36,081 nucleotides of DNA from NCBI RefSeq assembly GCF_001194135.2, contig NC_068996.1:47254414-47290494 (forward strand), given 5' to 3'. A program made the position numbers and the translations under genes. The stretch comes from Octopus bimaculoides (Eukaryota). This document shows positions 1 through 11,579 of the stretch, in pieces. The notes beneath the pieces were generated by a model. It was not told where the DNA came from. It did no database searches and saw only the letters and a list, made by a program, of their open reading frames with translations. Position 1 is the stretch's first letter. Every line of letters starts with the position of its first letter.

Positions 1-224
1 AGCTTATTTTGCTGGATATGATAGGAAGTGTCAGCTGCCCACAACCAGCACACTAAGGTGACACTTGTTCACTGGTCATGCTTCAAGAACCGTACGGAGA
101 ACTCTTGAAGTTACAGACAATGACAATTTTTGTAGGTGTTCTATCTTTACATTTGTACCAATCTTTTTGAGCAATGCTAGTATTTTAGTGATGATACTTC
201 TAAGCGCGCCAATTACAACAAATA

Positions 225-225
<1 letters not shown>

Positions 226-294
<69 letters not shown>
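226..294. repeat. (ATT)n microsatellite
   Basis: Uninterrupted ATT repeat; source of the poly-Leu ORF at 65-334. Confidence 0.98.
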
Positions 295-295
<1 letters not shown>

Positions 296-739
296 GTGTC
301 GTTTTCTGTCAGAAATTCGTTATTTGTTTCTTAAAAATAAATGTATCCTGCTGAGGAATTGAATTTGTTGCCTTTTCTTTTTCTTATTATTTATCTACTG
401 TCTGCAAAAATTGTTTCCATTCACTTTTCTTCTTTTTCTTTTTCGTTTGGTGTGTAGCGGGGTGTATTTTTAAATGCTACAGCAGCCATTTTATTTGTGT
501 ATAAATGACTGATAAAAAAAAAAGAAAAGAATTATTCGCAAAAGTTTTTTAATTTTTATCTGAGACGGCGAAGGAGTAATGCAAACAATTTCAATTCTTT
601 TCACACAATTAAATTCTTTTAACTCCGGTTAGGAATTCTGATTTAAAAAAATACTTTTCTTCATTGTCTGTAACCTGGAAATCGTCTGTGGTTAAAAAAA
701 ATTAAACGAAATACACGCAAACTCTTTAAACAATATAGC

Positions 740-820
<81 letters not shown>

Positions 821-852
821 AATGATGATGATGAGGAAGATGATGATGATGA
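740..852. repeat. (GAT)n microsatellite, forming the (ATC)n 3' tail/flank of the adjacent minus-strand SINE
   Basis: GAT repeat with few interruptions, directly abutting the SINE 3' end. Confidence 0.95.
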
Positions 853-1066
853 TTTTAACTTTTGGAGCAAGGCCAGTTATTTCAGGGGAGGTATAAGTCG
901 ATTATATCGATCCCTAGTATTCAACTGATACTTACTTTATCGACTCAGAAAGGATGGAAGGCAAAGTCGACCTCGGCAGAATTTGAACCCAGAATGTAAA
1001 GACGAACGAAGTGTGTGGCTAAGCATTTTGTCTGGTGCGTTAACGACTCCGCCGGCTCGCGGCCTT
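853..1066 (-). mobile_element. tRNA-derived SINE, family A (octopus-like), full length
   Basis: Minus strand reads AAGGCCGCGAGCCGGCGGAGTCGTTAACG...GGGTTCAAATTCTGCCGAGGTCGACTTTGCC, with a B-box-like GGTTCAAATT; homologous copies at 7697, 17605, 32621, 34695. Confidence 0.85.
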
Positions 1067-1067
1067 A

Positions 1068-1140
1068 ACACCACCACCACCACCACCACCACCACCACCA
1101 CCACCAACAACAACAACAATTGTAATAATAATAAAAATAA
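1068..1140. repeat. Compound microsatellite (ACC)n-(AAC)n-(AAT)n
   Basis: Stepwise single-base unit changes, lying between the SINE head and the L1-like 3' end. Confidence 0.9.
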
Positions 1141-1399
1141 AGATCTCTTTATTACCCTCAAATAGTTTATAATTGTTTATTGAGGATGGTACAGGACGAT
1201 AAAATACAATATATTATGAAAAGATATGACGTAAGGTTATATGAAGACACTTAAAGAGTAAAAGCATAAAAACAAAGGAGCAAAAGTTCAGACAAAAAAA
1301 ATCCTCAACAGATGTAAGGCATCAAAGAGCTACGAGTAGAAACCCCATAGAATGAAGGTTATCCTGACCACAAGGGTACGTGCCCTCCCCTCATTTTTC

Positions 1400-4300
1400 T
1401 TCCTTAGTCTACAGGTGCATACTTAGAGTAAGCTTGTTCACTCGGACCATATTCACGCAGTGGAACTTGTAAAAGTTGATGAGGGCATGGTTAAAGAAAA
1501 CGGTGATTGTTTTCAGCCTTTTCAATTTGGTTCACCACATTATGTTTCGCTGAGGTTATCAGGTAGATAAACACTGCCTGTCCTTCTTGGCAAAAGGAAC
1601 GCAACGGGACGATCTTCTCAATGAACTCATCCATTGCCGGATCCGTCCTATAAGCGACAGAAAGTCTACATAAATACACAAGTCAGTAATTCTCGAGCTC
1701 TGGATAAATGCATGGAGAACAGTTCTGTCACCGTGTGTGCATCTCGGGCAGGCTCAACTGATGGCATTTCTATGCCTGTAGAGTTTATCACGAACTGGCA
1801 ACGTCCCCTACCTCGGTAGCATTACCAAGTCAGAGATCTCTGGAAATCATCCATGGGCCAGACTGACCAATTGATTCTCCGGAATAGACTAGTTAATTGA
1901 TTATTGGTGGTAGTGTTGTTGGTGGTGGTGGTAAGGCTGCGAGCCGGCGGAATCGTTAACGCACCAGACAAAATGCTTAGCCGCTCTTCGTTCGTCTTTA
2001 TATTCTGGTTTCAAATTCTGCCGAGGTCGACTTTGCCTTCCATCCAGCTGATTCTCTTCAATCTCCAGAATCTCCTCGAGAACATCATCAGTCTTGCCTG
2101 TCAATCACCAAAGCGGAATTTCCACCCTTCGCATTTTTAAGAGGGTGTGAGTGCCTGACGGTGGTCTAAGTACCAGGCACCCTCAGTTTACATTTGATCC
2201 AGTTCTGCAAGTCAGTGAAAGAGGCGTGCTGTGGAAAATCGTGTCTAACCAACAGCGACCACACAATCAAAGAAGCACCGGAGATGCCGCAGCCTCAGTG
2301 CATGTTTGCGCATCATCAGCTGCTGCGCATGCCCACTCCGCCACTCAGTAAATTTTGACAACAAAGAGAGTGCTTGACCAGTGGACCGCATCCTTTCCAT
2401 AGAGAAGGGAAGTGTAGAGGCTCCATTTTGGTCAGACTTTAACTAGGGCAAAGCAAAACAGTCAGTGGTAATATATGACAGATGTGACGTATACGTTTGC
2501 CACCTCCCGATTTTTCAGTGTTAACCCATCCCTTCCCTCCACCTAGCGTCCCACGATGCTGTTGGATGACATGGACCAGCCTCTTCAGGAGCCTATCTGC
2601 TGGCCCATTAACTTTTCTTGGTTGAATTTTGCTCCTGTCACCGTCTCGTATTCCTATAAAACAGTACCGATCAAGTCCATATGCTGTTGTCCGACACTAT
2701 GACGGCGCCGTCGTTCACTTATGTTGACACGGTTCTTCAACATTGTAGTTTGCGGAGCATGCCCTTCAACGTCACTAGTTTCTGCAGTAGTGACTTTAGA
2801 GTCAATACATACAGGAGAGACGAGAGGACACTGCCACGACGGACCGAAAGATTGATGGTGAATGATTTCAATAGGTGACCTTCATTCGAACCGCCAAGTA
2901 GATATTGCTGTACATTGCGGCAATACAACTGCGGAAGACGAGACCGAGACCGACCGCCTTGAGAACAGCCGCCAAGTATTGGTTGTCGATCCTTTCGAAG
3001 ACTTTCGATTCTCTAAATTGATCAGAGTACCATCCATGCCAGATTCATTACCCATCTTCACTATAATGTATTGTATGAGGCGAAGGTTGTCGTGGATGGA
3101 TCTACTCGGGATGGCGTATGTTTACGCATTTCTAATCAGTTCCTCGATGCCAACTACCAATCTTTTCCCTGACTCCTTGGCCAAAATTCTGAAGTCTGCA
3201 TTCAGCAGAGTTATGGGTTTAAAAAATTATATGCTCCCTTCCTTTTCCTTCTTTGGCTGCTTTCTCAATAGGCCCACAGCTTCTTGGATCACGGAGCTTG
3301 GAATTCTCCCCTTTTGTTGCTGGTTGTGGTAGATGTCTGTCAAGAGGCCGCCAAACGAGTCTGGCATATAAAAGTAAGACAAACCATCCAAGTCAGGCAA
3401 TTTACCATCTAGTGCATCCAATCATCGCTTCCTATATTTATGCGGCTGTTATCAGAGTTTTATCGTAACACTCTGCCTTCCCTGCCGACGTTCTCCGTAG
3501 GCACTGCACTACATCCGGCATACCAGCCCGCCATTCGTACCAAAAAATCGAGCGAAGTTCTGCTGAAATGTCGTACACATCTGGTTGGTCTCGCGTAGCA
3601 TGCGTCCATTATGGTTCGTCAAAAACCGAATTGTGGATTTACTTCCACATTATGCTTCTGCCACTTGGGCCCATCGAATAACTTTCGTCCCTCGCGTTTT
3701 ACAGCTCATGCCTTAACTCTGACAAAGCAGCCTTCTTGCTTCGGTTTGAGCAATTTGTTGAGAGCCAATCTCACCGCAAGGACGTCGGTTGCAAGGCCTT
3801 TCCTAAGAGCCTCTTCCAAGTTTCCAACTAAGTCTTCCTCTATTGTATTATTCTCTATCGCATCGATCTTACTAGACCTAATAGATTCTACTCTAATTAC
3901 TCTTTTCAGGACAAACTACCATTTTTTTTATTGACGCCTAGCCCCCGTCAACGCCCGCTTCAGTAACTGGCAACTCGGAATTGATACGTTCAGCTTCAAG
4001 TATACTGGTACGTGTCTACGGAGCCTATCTAGGTCGACCGTACAGATTACAAATTTGTGGTCTGTGTAGAGAAACATTTTGAAAAGTAGACAACCAATGC
4101 TATAACTGTCTACTGACCTACAGAGTACTCTATCTAGATACAACCTAGATGGCCCAGTGCGGTTCGTCCATGTCTACGTTCGAATATTCAAGAAATCCAG
4201 TCGGAACCTATTAGACAGCTGAAAGCGTCTGAGCATGTTTACGTGACTTTTACATCCCCTCTCTTATCAGCTAACCCCCTACAATCCAAACGTGCATCGT

Positions 4301-4600
4301 AGATGGCTTCTCAGTTGCCCACAAGCACTAACAAGCAAGACGTTCCTAGGAAAATCTAGGACGCCTAAAAAATCTGGCTGTCCTGCTTCACTCGGAACGT
4401 AAACAGTTAATCTTCTGAAAGCACCCACTTCATTACTGTTCTCATTCAGAACTTCAAATTATCTTTTGGGTAAAAAAAGATGGTCAGCATCGAAAGATTC
4501 AAACCTTTATAAATCAACAGAGCAGTTCTACCTCTCAATCGCGGTCGACTTGGAGATATGTAAACCTCGTATCCACCGAGAATGGGCAAGAAGACTTGTC
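1400..4600 (-). pseudogene. Decayed ORF2 (AP endonuclease + reverse transcriptase) of the L1/Tx1-like element
   Basis: ORF pieces 3928-4143, 3227-3421, 2737-2928, 1491-1679 carry colinear APE, RT and C-terminal motifs; the APE N-terminus appears deleted near 4600. Confidence 0.85.
1903..2045 (+). mobile_element. 3'-truncated family A SINE head with its upstream (GGT)n tract, inserted in L1 ORF2
   Basis: Near-identical to the reverse complement of about 955-1100; flanked by AATTGATT (1895-1902) and AGCTGATT (2046-2053); L1 frame resumes EENQL|TSLFRR across it. Confidence 0.8.
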
Positions 4601-4619
4601 GATTGGAAACCCTGGTTTC

Positions 4620-5450
4620 TCGCTGTTATTGTTGTTGCTGTCTATGATGTGGTTGCCCTTGGCGTGTTTTCTGTTGTACTAGCTGTTGTGGGTTCTACAA
4701 ATATTGTTGTTGCTGTTGCTTCTGTGGATGCTGCAGTTTTTGCTGCTACTGTTACTGTTGTTTTTGCAACTATTAATTTCGTTTCCGTTATTGGTGATGT
4801 AATGGCCACTTGTTTCTGTTGGTGCTGTTTGTGCTGTTTCTGAGGTTGTTGTTGTGGTGGTGTCGGCAAAATTGGGAATCATCCTTCTCTCCTTTGCCAT
4901 GGGTAAAAGACTTTGAGGTGGTTTGTATCACACACAAGTGACACCTTGGCCTTCTGCCCTCAACTACTATGTGAAGTCTTGAACCGTCTGGTAAATTTAT
5001 TAAACCTAGGATTCATTCGACGCTTTGTTGATCCGTCTAGATCAACAACACCATTTCTTGAGCCAACAAATTCTCTTTCTGCAGTTTCAGCACCTGCAGG
5101 ATATTGAACTTATACTCTATGTTCAGAAAGGCCGCTACCACCAACCAGCAGATGTCTATCTCTAGAAATAAGTCTCCAAGTTTTATTTTCACTATTCGAC
5201 GGCAAAGGTATATAAATACGAGACCCAGTTTGTCATTTTTTAAAGTTAAGGATGAATGTTTTCTGGCTTCATCTTTTGTAGAGAATGTCACTTCTGCAGT
5301 GCCAGATCGCTTTCCCTTGCGACATATATTTTCGTACTTTATGTAGGTCCCATACACTTTTCCATTTGTTCCTGTGAAACCTTTGACAACAAGTTGTTAT
5401 CCGTTCTTATAGAATTAACGGAAACAAGAAAAATCGAGAACTTTAAAAAG
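4620..5450 (-). pseudogene. Decayed ORF1 (gag-like, CCHC-knuckle remnant at about 4905-4975, Thr/Gln-rich C-terminal linker)
   Basis: ORFs 5037-5357 and 4642-4869; EGRRPRCHLC..HLK motif; lies upstream of the APE region on the same strand. Confidence 0.6.
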
Positions 5451-5489
5451 TGAAATGGAAATAGTAGTAGTAATAGTAATAATAACAAC

Positions 5490-7100
5490 ATGGATGTGCT
5501 ACACCGGGCTCCCCATTCAAAATCAAATCTAATCTAATAACATCGGTAGAAGGGGATAATAAAGGAACCTGTGGAAGACTTGAAGGAAGCGGCATTTTAA
5601 CGAAGATATTCACGAAAACGAAAACGAAAGAGTTAGAACCAGCGGAGCGCTACAAATACCTAGGGGTATTTGAAGGGAATGGAATCAAACATTCAGTGAT
5701 GAGGGAAAGGATCAGAAGAGACTGTTATCGCAGGGTAACGGCAATAGTCAAGACAGAGCTGAATGCAAGAAACAGGATCGAAGCGATCGATACTTTAGCC
5801 ATACCAGTTGTGACTTATAGTTTCAATATCATTAACTGGTTAATTACTTAAATATGTAATCTTGACAGAAATACGAAAATTGTTGACAATGCATAGAATG
5901 CACCACCCTAAGAAAAGAGGTCACCGTGGACTTTTACAACAGGAATTAACAATGGAGATTTCCACAGTTGGCCTAGATACTTACCTGAAAAACTCTGATG
6001 ACTGGATGTTAATACTTGTCTCAAAGCATGATAACAAGAAAGCATCATACTCAAAACANNNNNNNNNNAAGCAGAGAAAAAGCTAAGCATATGAAAACTC
6101 GTGCTAAAACTGCTGCCTTAGATATTCTTACAGATAAATGGCAAGGAAAACCTCTCAATAGCAAATACACAAAGAGAGTTAATAGTGCCGATGTTGACAA
6201 AGCCCTTACTCATCAATGGTTAATGTATTCTGGCTCAAAATCAGAAACAGAAGGGTTTATCATAGCAGCCCAAGATCAATGTCTACCTACATGAAACTAC
6301 GAGACCAACATATTAAAGAACAGCAGTAGATCAACATGTCGTTTATGTCAGTAACAAAATGAAACAATTGATCATGTTGTCTCTAAACGCAGTCTTCTTG
6401 CGCCTACAGAGTATCTCAACCGTCATGTAAGAGCAGCACAATATATTCATTGAGTAATTTGCAAAAACCTGGACCTGCCCCATTATAAAAACTGTTAGGA
6501 ACACAAAACACCTCTAGTGATTCAAAATAATCACATCTCCCTCCTCTGGAACTTCACCATTCAAACTGACAGAAAGATAGATGCGAATAGGCCAGACATC
6601 ATACTGAAAGACTTCAGACAAAAATCATATAAATGTATCTATTAAGACCTACCAAAAACTGAGCAAGTATAGAGATCTTGAAATAGAAATTGGCAAAATG
6701 TGGAATCTGAAGACTAAAACAATACCTGGTGTCATAGGTGGTCTAGGAATGATAGCAAAAGGAACTGATTTCTACCTAGCTCAGATACCAGGAAACCCCA
6801 AAATGGCAAAAATTAAAAAGATAGTGCTCATGGGAACTGCCCATATCCTACGTAATATACTGTCTAAGTAATCTCAAATTTTAAAACAAACTCATAATTT
6901 TCTTATGTTTTCTTAAACCTTCTCTAGAACAATACTATGTGCAAGGCCAAATATATGACACCCTAAGCATAACACCAGCATGAACTTCTAACGTGTTGTC
7001 TCTTGAGGTCTCTGGGTGAGATTTGGAGCTAACTTGTACAAATATACATAGCAAGTGTCAGAAAGACACTCGGCAAGAAATGGAAACAGAATTGAAAGAA
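5490..7100 (+). mobile_element. R4/Dong-like RLE non-LTR retrotransposon, internally deleted (short 5' piece + RT C-terminus + CCHC + PD-(D/E)XK nuclease + 3' UTR)
   Basis: Translations YKYLGVFEG, IRKLLTMHRMHHPK, ETEGFIIAAQDQ, CRLC..NETIDHVV, LLWNFTIQTDRKIDANRPDII, SKYRDLEIEIGKMW, GTAHILRNIL; stop at 6869-6871; AAT-rich tracts on both sides. Confidence 0.88.
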
Positions 7101-7127
7101 GATGATAATGAAAATAATAATAATAAA

Positions 7128-7677
7128 TGCTCTGATGCAGTACTCGACAATGGCTTCCATGGCTTCTTAACTGATTGGAGGTGCTATCATGTATATTGTT
7201 TTGTCTTGGTATAAAAGGATTACAGCAAGCTTTGTGCTCATTACCACAGATTTGTGCTCATTACCACAGATTTGCTTGTCAGTTGCTTGACCCTAACCAT
7301 ATTTCTTCCTTGGTGGCTGACAATATGTGCATCTCTGATCATGAGCAGAAGTAGTAGGGGAGCATCATAGCCATGTGTTGAGAAGAATTCTTTGGAGTTT
7401 AAATAATTCACTTTGGAAACATGGCTGTTTCGTTCAGCATATTTAAACAACCCTTATTCAGGGACCTTTTGAGTGGGATGGGCCACTCGACCTCAAGAAA
7501 ATTCTAACTGAGACCTACCTGCAAAGTCATACGCTGTTTATCTTGATGAGATCATCATATGGTTGTGATGCATGTGCCTGGTGTACCCTTATCAGATGGG
7601 TAGTCATGATGGGTATACTGGGCTTCGTATATTTGTACCCCAATGTCACATTGATGGCATGCACTGCTCTCTCACTC
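7128..7677. mobile_element. About 550-bp non-coding interspersed repeat bounded by (AAT)n on both sides; internal 20-bp tandem duplication at 7231-7270
   Basis: Inverted partial second copy at 9961-10095; no long ORF, no terminal inverted repeats, no tRNA head seen. Confidence 0.65.
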
Positions 7678-7696
7678 AATAATAATAATAATAATA

Positions 7697-7909
7697 GTTT
7701 AAAATTTTGACAGAAGACCAGCAACGCCGGAAGAGGGATTAAGTCGATTACATCGACCCCAGTGATCAACTGGTACTTATTTTATCGAGCCCGAAAGGCT
7801 GAAAGATGAAGTCGACCTCAGCGGAATTTGAACTCAGAACATAAAGACGGACGAAACGACTTTAAACATTTTGGCCGGTGTGGTAACGATTCTACCGACT
7901 CGCCACCTT
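7697..7909 (-). mobile_element. tRNA-derived SINE, family A
   Basis: Homologous to 853-1066; (ATT)n on its 3' side, ATT/TTG-rich tract on its 5' side. Confidence 0.85.
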
Positions 7910-8769
7910 CATAATAATAAAAATAATAATAAATTACAACAACAACAACAATGATAAAAATAGAAATAATAATCATCTAAAGGATGGTGTAAACAACTAG
8001 AATAGGAAGATAAATATGGGAGAAAAGAGAAACAAAATTAAGAGGAAGAAAGAGGAGGAAGAAGAAGATATATTGCTTTAGCCTAGGCATCTACATGTCA
8101 TTTACAAGCATTCAGATTAGAATGACGTATACATATATACACACATATGCACACAAACATGTATCTGTATATGTTTAAGCATATGCATGTATGTGAATGC
8201 TATATACATATGAGCGCGTGTATGTCTGTGTGTGTGTACGTGTGCCTGTGTTTATATATTTCTGTGCGTATATGTATGTATGCACATAATATTTTCGTCT
8301 TCCCCTCTTTTACTGCCCGGGAGAGCGAAAATAATCAATAAATGCAAAATCTGACCAGTTCCTACCGAATAAATTATCACGAAGAAGTGACAAGATTTCA
8401 TTAGAATGGTGTATCTGACAGGTTTGCAAGTTGTAAAGCGGAATCGATATATTCACGTTGTATAATAACATCCGAGCGAAAGGCGACGAATATACAGTAG
8501 AGAAAAATATAGAGAGTGAGTGTGCTTGTTTTTATTATCCTTTTTACTTTGAAGAAAATCGTCGCTGAGGTGGTGTCACAATCTTGCTTAACGATTCGGT
8601 GTAACGTTAGGCATGCTAATGAGCTGAATATTGGAGACTAAAGCATAGAATTGCCTGAGGTAAAGTACAGCTCATAATCGTTAGGGTATTGCAGTAACTG
8701 GCAGAAACACAACCTTCCAGGCGGCTTGCTTTCTGCTGGTCTTTCTCGTGTGGTTACATACATTACGTA

Positions 8770-9152
8770 GAGGCGCAATGGCCCAGTGGTTTGGGCAGCG
8801 GACTCGCGGTCATAGGATCGTGGTTTCGATTCCCAGACCGGGCGTTGTGAGTGTTTATTGAGCGAAAACACCTAAAGCTCCACGAAGCTCCTGCAGGGGA
8901 TGGTGGCGAACCCTGCTGTACTCTTTCACCACAACTTTCTCTCACTCTTTCTTCCTGTTTCTGTTGTGCCTGTAATTCAAAGGGTCAGCCTTGTCACACT
9001 GTGTCACGCTGAATCACCCCGAGAACTACGTCAAGGGTACACGTGTCTGTGGAGTGCTCAGCCACTTGCACGTTAATTTCACGAGCAGGCTGTTCCGTTG
9101 ATCGATCACCTGGAGCCCTCGACGCCGTAAGCGACGGAGTGCCAACAACAAC
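8770..9152 (+). mobile_element. tRNA-derived SINE, family D, full length
   Basis: A-box TGGCCCAGTGG, B-box GGTTTCGATTCC, (CAA)n tail; second copy at 21081-21433. Confidence 0.88.
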
Positions 9153-9199
9153 ATACATTACACACGCGCGCGCGCGCCAGGGAATATATTTAAGCTGTT

Positions 9200-9950
9200 T
9201 CTTACATGTGTATGCCATGTTATTTATTTCTTCCTGTAGACGTTTTCCTACTTTGACTCTGACATCATAGATTTGTTCTGTGATGATTTGTGCGTCGTAT
9301 TTACTGAGTTTTATTCTCAAATGTGATTGCACATTTTCTTTTATTTGATCAATCTCAATGCGTACTTTCTATTCACATTCATAAAATTATTACTGTTTAT
9401 GTTTAGTCTAATGATGGGATTCTTTTCTCCCCAAATCCAGTATGTTTGTTCAGTGTTTGAAAGTACAGATGTACAATACATGGAAATAAGCCTCAATAAT
9501 CTATTCGTTGTCTTTCTTGGGCAATTTCTGTCTCTTAATTTGGTGTTGGACATGAAGGTTCTTCAGAAGGATTTGTCCTATCGTAGGAGATAACCAGCCT
9601 CATATTGTTGGCAATGTTTGAACTAGCGCCAAACTTTTCGACCTTTGGCTGGTTACTCTTAAGGAGATGCAGCCCTCATTGACACAGGCTTCGACCGTTC
9701 CAGTATAAAATCGGATTGGTTGTTACTGAGATATGATGGAAATGTGTGTGCAAGGTTCTATAATGACAGGTATTTTTATTTAGAAGGGTTGTCTATCATG
9801 GCTCCGAACAACTGATCTACCCTTAGCAGATGAAGGGTATCCCACGCTGGTAGTCAATTCAGTAAGCGACTCTCCCAGTGGGGATTTTATATCAAACTTC
9901 TCGTGTCCTAGAAGAGTTGCCTACATCACAGTTTCTATTAATCTGCTCTG
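9200..9950 (-). mobile_element. Probable 5' UTR and N-terminal ORF remnant of an R4/Dong-like element
   Basis: Starts right after a (TAA)n tract on the minus strand; translation TYWIWGEKNPIIRLNINSNNFMNVNRKY / YDAQIITEQIYDVRVKVGKRLQEEI resembles the N-terminal region of RLE-element ORFs (from memory). Confidence 0.4.
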
Positions 9951-9960
9951 TTATTATTAT

Positions 9961-10095
9961 TGAGCAGCGCATACCATCAAAGTGATACTGAGGAACAAAT
10001 ATACGAAGCCTAATATACCCATCATGACTACTCGTCTGATAAAAGTACATCAGGAACATGCATCACAGCTACATGTGCGCAACATGATGACCTCA
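9961..10095. mobile_element. Partial inverted copy of the 7128-7677 repeat, bounded by (TTA)n on both sides
   Basis: Matches the reverse complement of about 7550-7677 (CCATCAAAGTGA...ATACGAAGCC...CCCATCATGACTAC). Confidence 0.75.
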
Positions 10096-10165
10096 TTTAT
10101 TATTATTACAGTTATAGTTATTGTTGTTGCTGTTATTGTTGTTGTTATCATTATCCTTATTATTA

Positions 10166-10580
10166 CTTTTCTTTCAATTTTGTTTTTATTTCTTGCGGAG
10201 TGACCTCCCAACATATAGGGCAAAGATATACATTGATAGGTCATTAAAATAAACACAACAGATTGTTCATTTTTAAAGTCAAGATATGCGAAAAAAAAGG
10301 GAAAAAGGAAAAAAATAAAAAAGGAATAAAAGGAGGAAATTAAAAAAATTAAGAAAATTCGCAGTGACGATGCTCTTCTCAATACGTGTGACGTGCCAAT
10401 TAAAACAATCATTTGCAATAGTTTCATGGATGTCAAGCCAGGGATCAGTCTTATATAATTTCCAGTTCCTTTTTTGATCATACCAAGTGCTCCTACAACT
10501 ACTGATATTGTAACCACATTACTTCGATTTCCACGAGCAAACCTTTATATTTTCTGAGCTTGTCAAATTCTTTTGCCGAG
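10166..10580 (-). mobile_element. 5'-truncated 3' end of an R4/Dong-like RLE element
   Basis: KEFDKLRKYKGLLVEIE and VVVGALGMIKKG...IGTSHVLRR (RLE C-terminus); terminal CACTCCGCAAGAAATAAAAACAAAATTGAAAGAA matches 7067-7097; (TAA)n on both sides. Confidence 0.85.
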
Positions 10581-10840
10581 ATTATTATCATTATTATTAT
10601 TATTATTATTGTTCAGTAGTCTTATTNNNNNNNNNNNNNNNNNNNNNNNNNNNNNNNNNNNNNNNNNNNNNNNNNNNNNNNNNNNNNNNNNNNNNNNNNN
10701 NNNNNNNNNNNNNNNNNNNNNNNNNNAGGTATACAGTAGTTGATAATTTAAAGGTAAAACCGTGGTTTAATATATATAGAAAAGAAAAGAAATGGATTAA
10801 TAAATAACAATGGTATTAAAAGGTCATAGTTTAATTGTAG

Positions 10841-10921
10841 TTCAGATCCATTTACAGCTGTTTCTGTTTATAATTTGTATTTATCTCGTTCCATTTAATA
10901 AACATCGTCAGAATGATTTAA
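10841..10921 (-). ncRNA. Type I hammerhead ribozyme (minimal, palindromic stem III)
   Basis: Minus: AUCAUU-CUGACGA-UGUUUAU..AUAAACA-GAAA-CAGCUGUA|AAUGGAU; 7-bp stem II, palindrome ACAGCUGU, predicted GUA cleavage between 10853 and 10852. Confidence 0.75.
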
Positions 10922-11579
10922 AGGAATATAAATAGGAGAAAAGGGGAAATGAAAGGAAAAGGAAAAGATAAAACAAAAAGGAAAAAGTTCATTAAGTCTT
11001 TAGGCTTACATTTTAGTGACTTATTGAGTTTCACGTGTCTGTACGTTTCTTCAATTAGATGAATAGGGCAGTAAGTGGGGAAAATGACTAGTTGACCGGT
11101 GGTGTTAGTCGAAGGAGCTATATCTGGTGGAGAAATCCGGTGTTGTTAATTGTAATATATAACACTATTGGTGACCGCTAGGTTCGTCCTTATGATTACA
11201 AATAATGCCCTCGTTAAAAACTAAGGATGCTTTCTAAAGTTAGGACGACGTAACGTATATATAAAGGCTACTTAAAGGAATAATAAAAAGGGTAAAGAGT
11301 AAACAAATAAAAATCAATAAAAATATAACGTGTTATGTGAGTCGGCAATCTCGCTTTAAAGTAGATATATTATAGAGAATTATATGCCCTGGTGTACAAC
11401 GTAGAATTTTAAATAGATAGTTAGGTTAATCGGGATATATATATATATATATANNNNNNNNNNNNNNNNNNNNNNNNNNNNNNNNNNNNNNNNNNNNNNN
11501 NNNNNNNNNNTTGTTAAAGAGGACAGCAAACATCTCACATCTTATACAATATTATTATTGGAAATATTCAAAGTTTTTG

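Larger units (their letters stand above)
1141..5455 (-). mobile_element. Degenerate L1/Tx1-clade non-LTR retrotransposon (ORF1 + APE-RT ORF2 remnants + 3' UTR)
   Basis: Minus-strand translations give APE motifs (LVLVGN*EAIYDARLDC; YLDRVLCR...YTDHKFV), RT motifs (GKLPDLDGL..FY; SVRRGSVLSSLLYVLTLKSLL) and a decayed zinc knuckle (VVEGRRPRCHLC...HLK); 3' end ...GAGGGTAATAAAGAGAT followed by a TTA/TTG-rich tract; many stops and frameshifts. Confidence 0.85.

Noticed and set aside
2862-3934. Longer plus-strand ORFs 2862-3332 and 3611-3934
   Set aside because: Antisense shadows of the minus-strand retrotransposon ORF2; no recognisable domain.
8770-8845. tRNA-like sequence with A and B boxes (also 20020-20090, 21360-21433, 27023-27090)
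   Set aside because: No proper acceptor stem and each continues into a SINE body; SINE heads, not tRNA genes.
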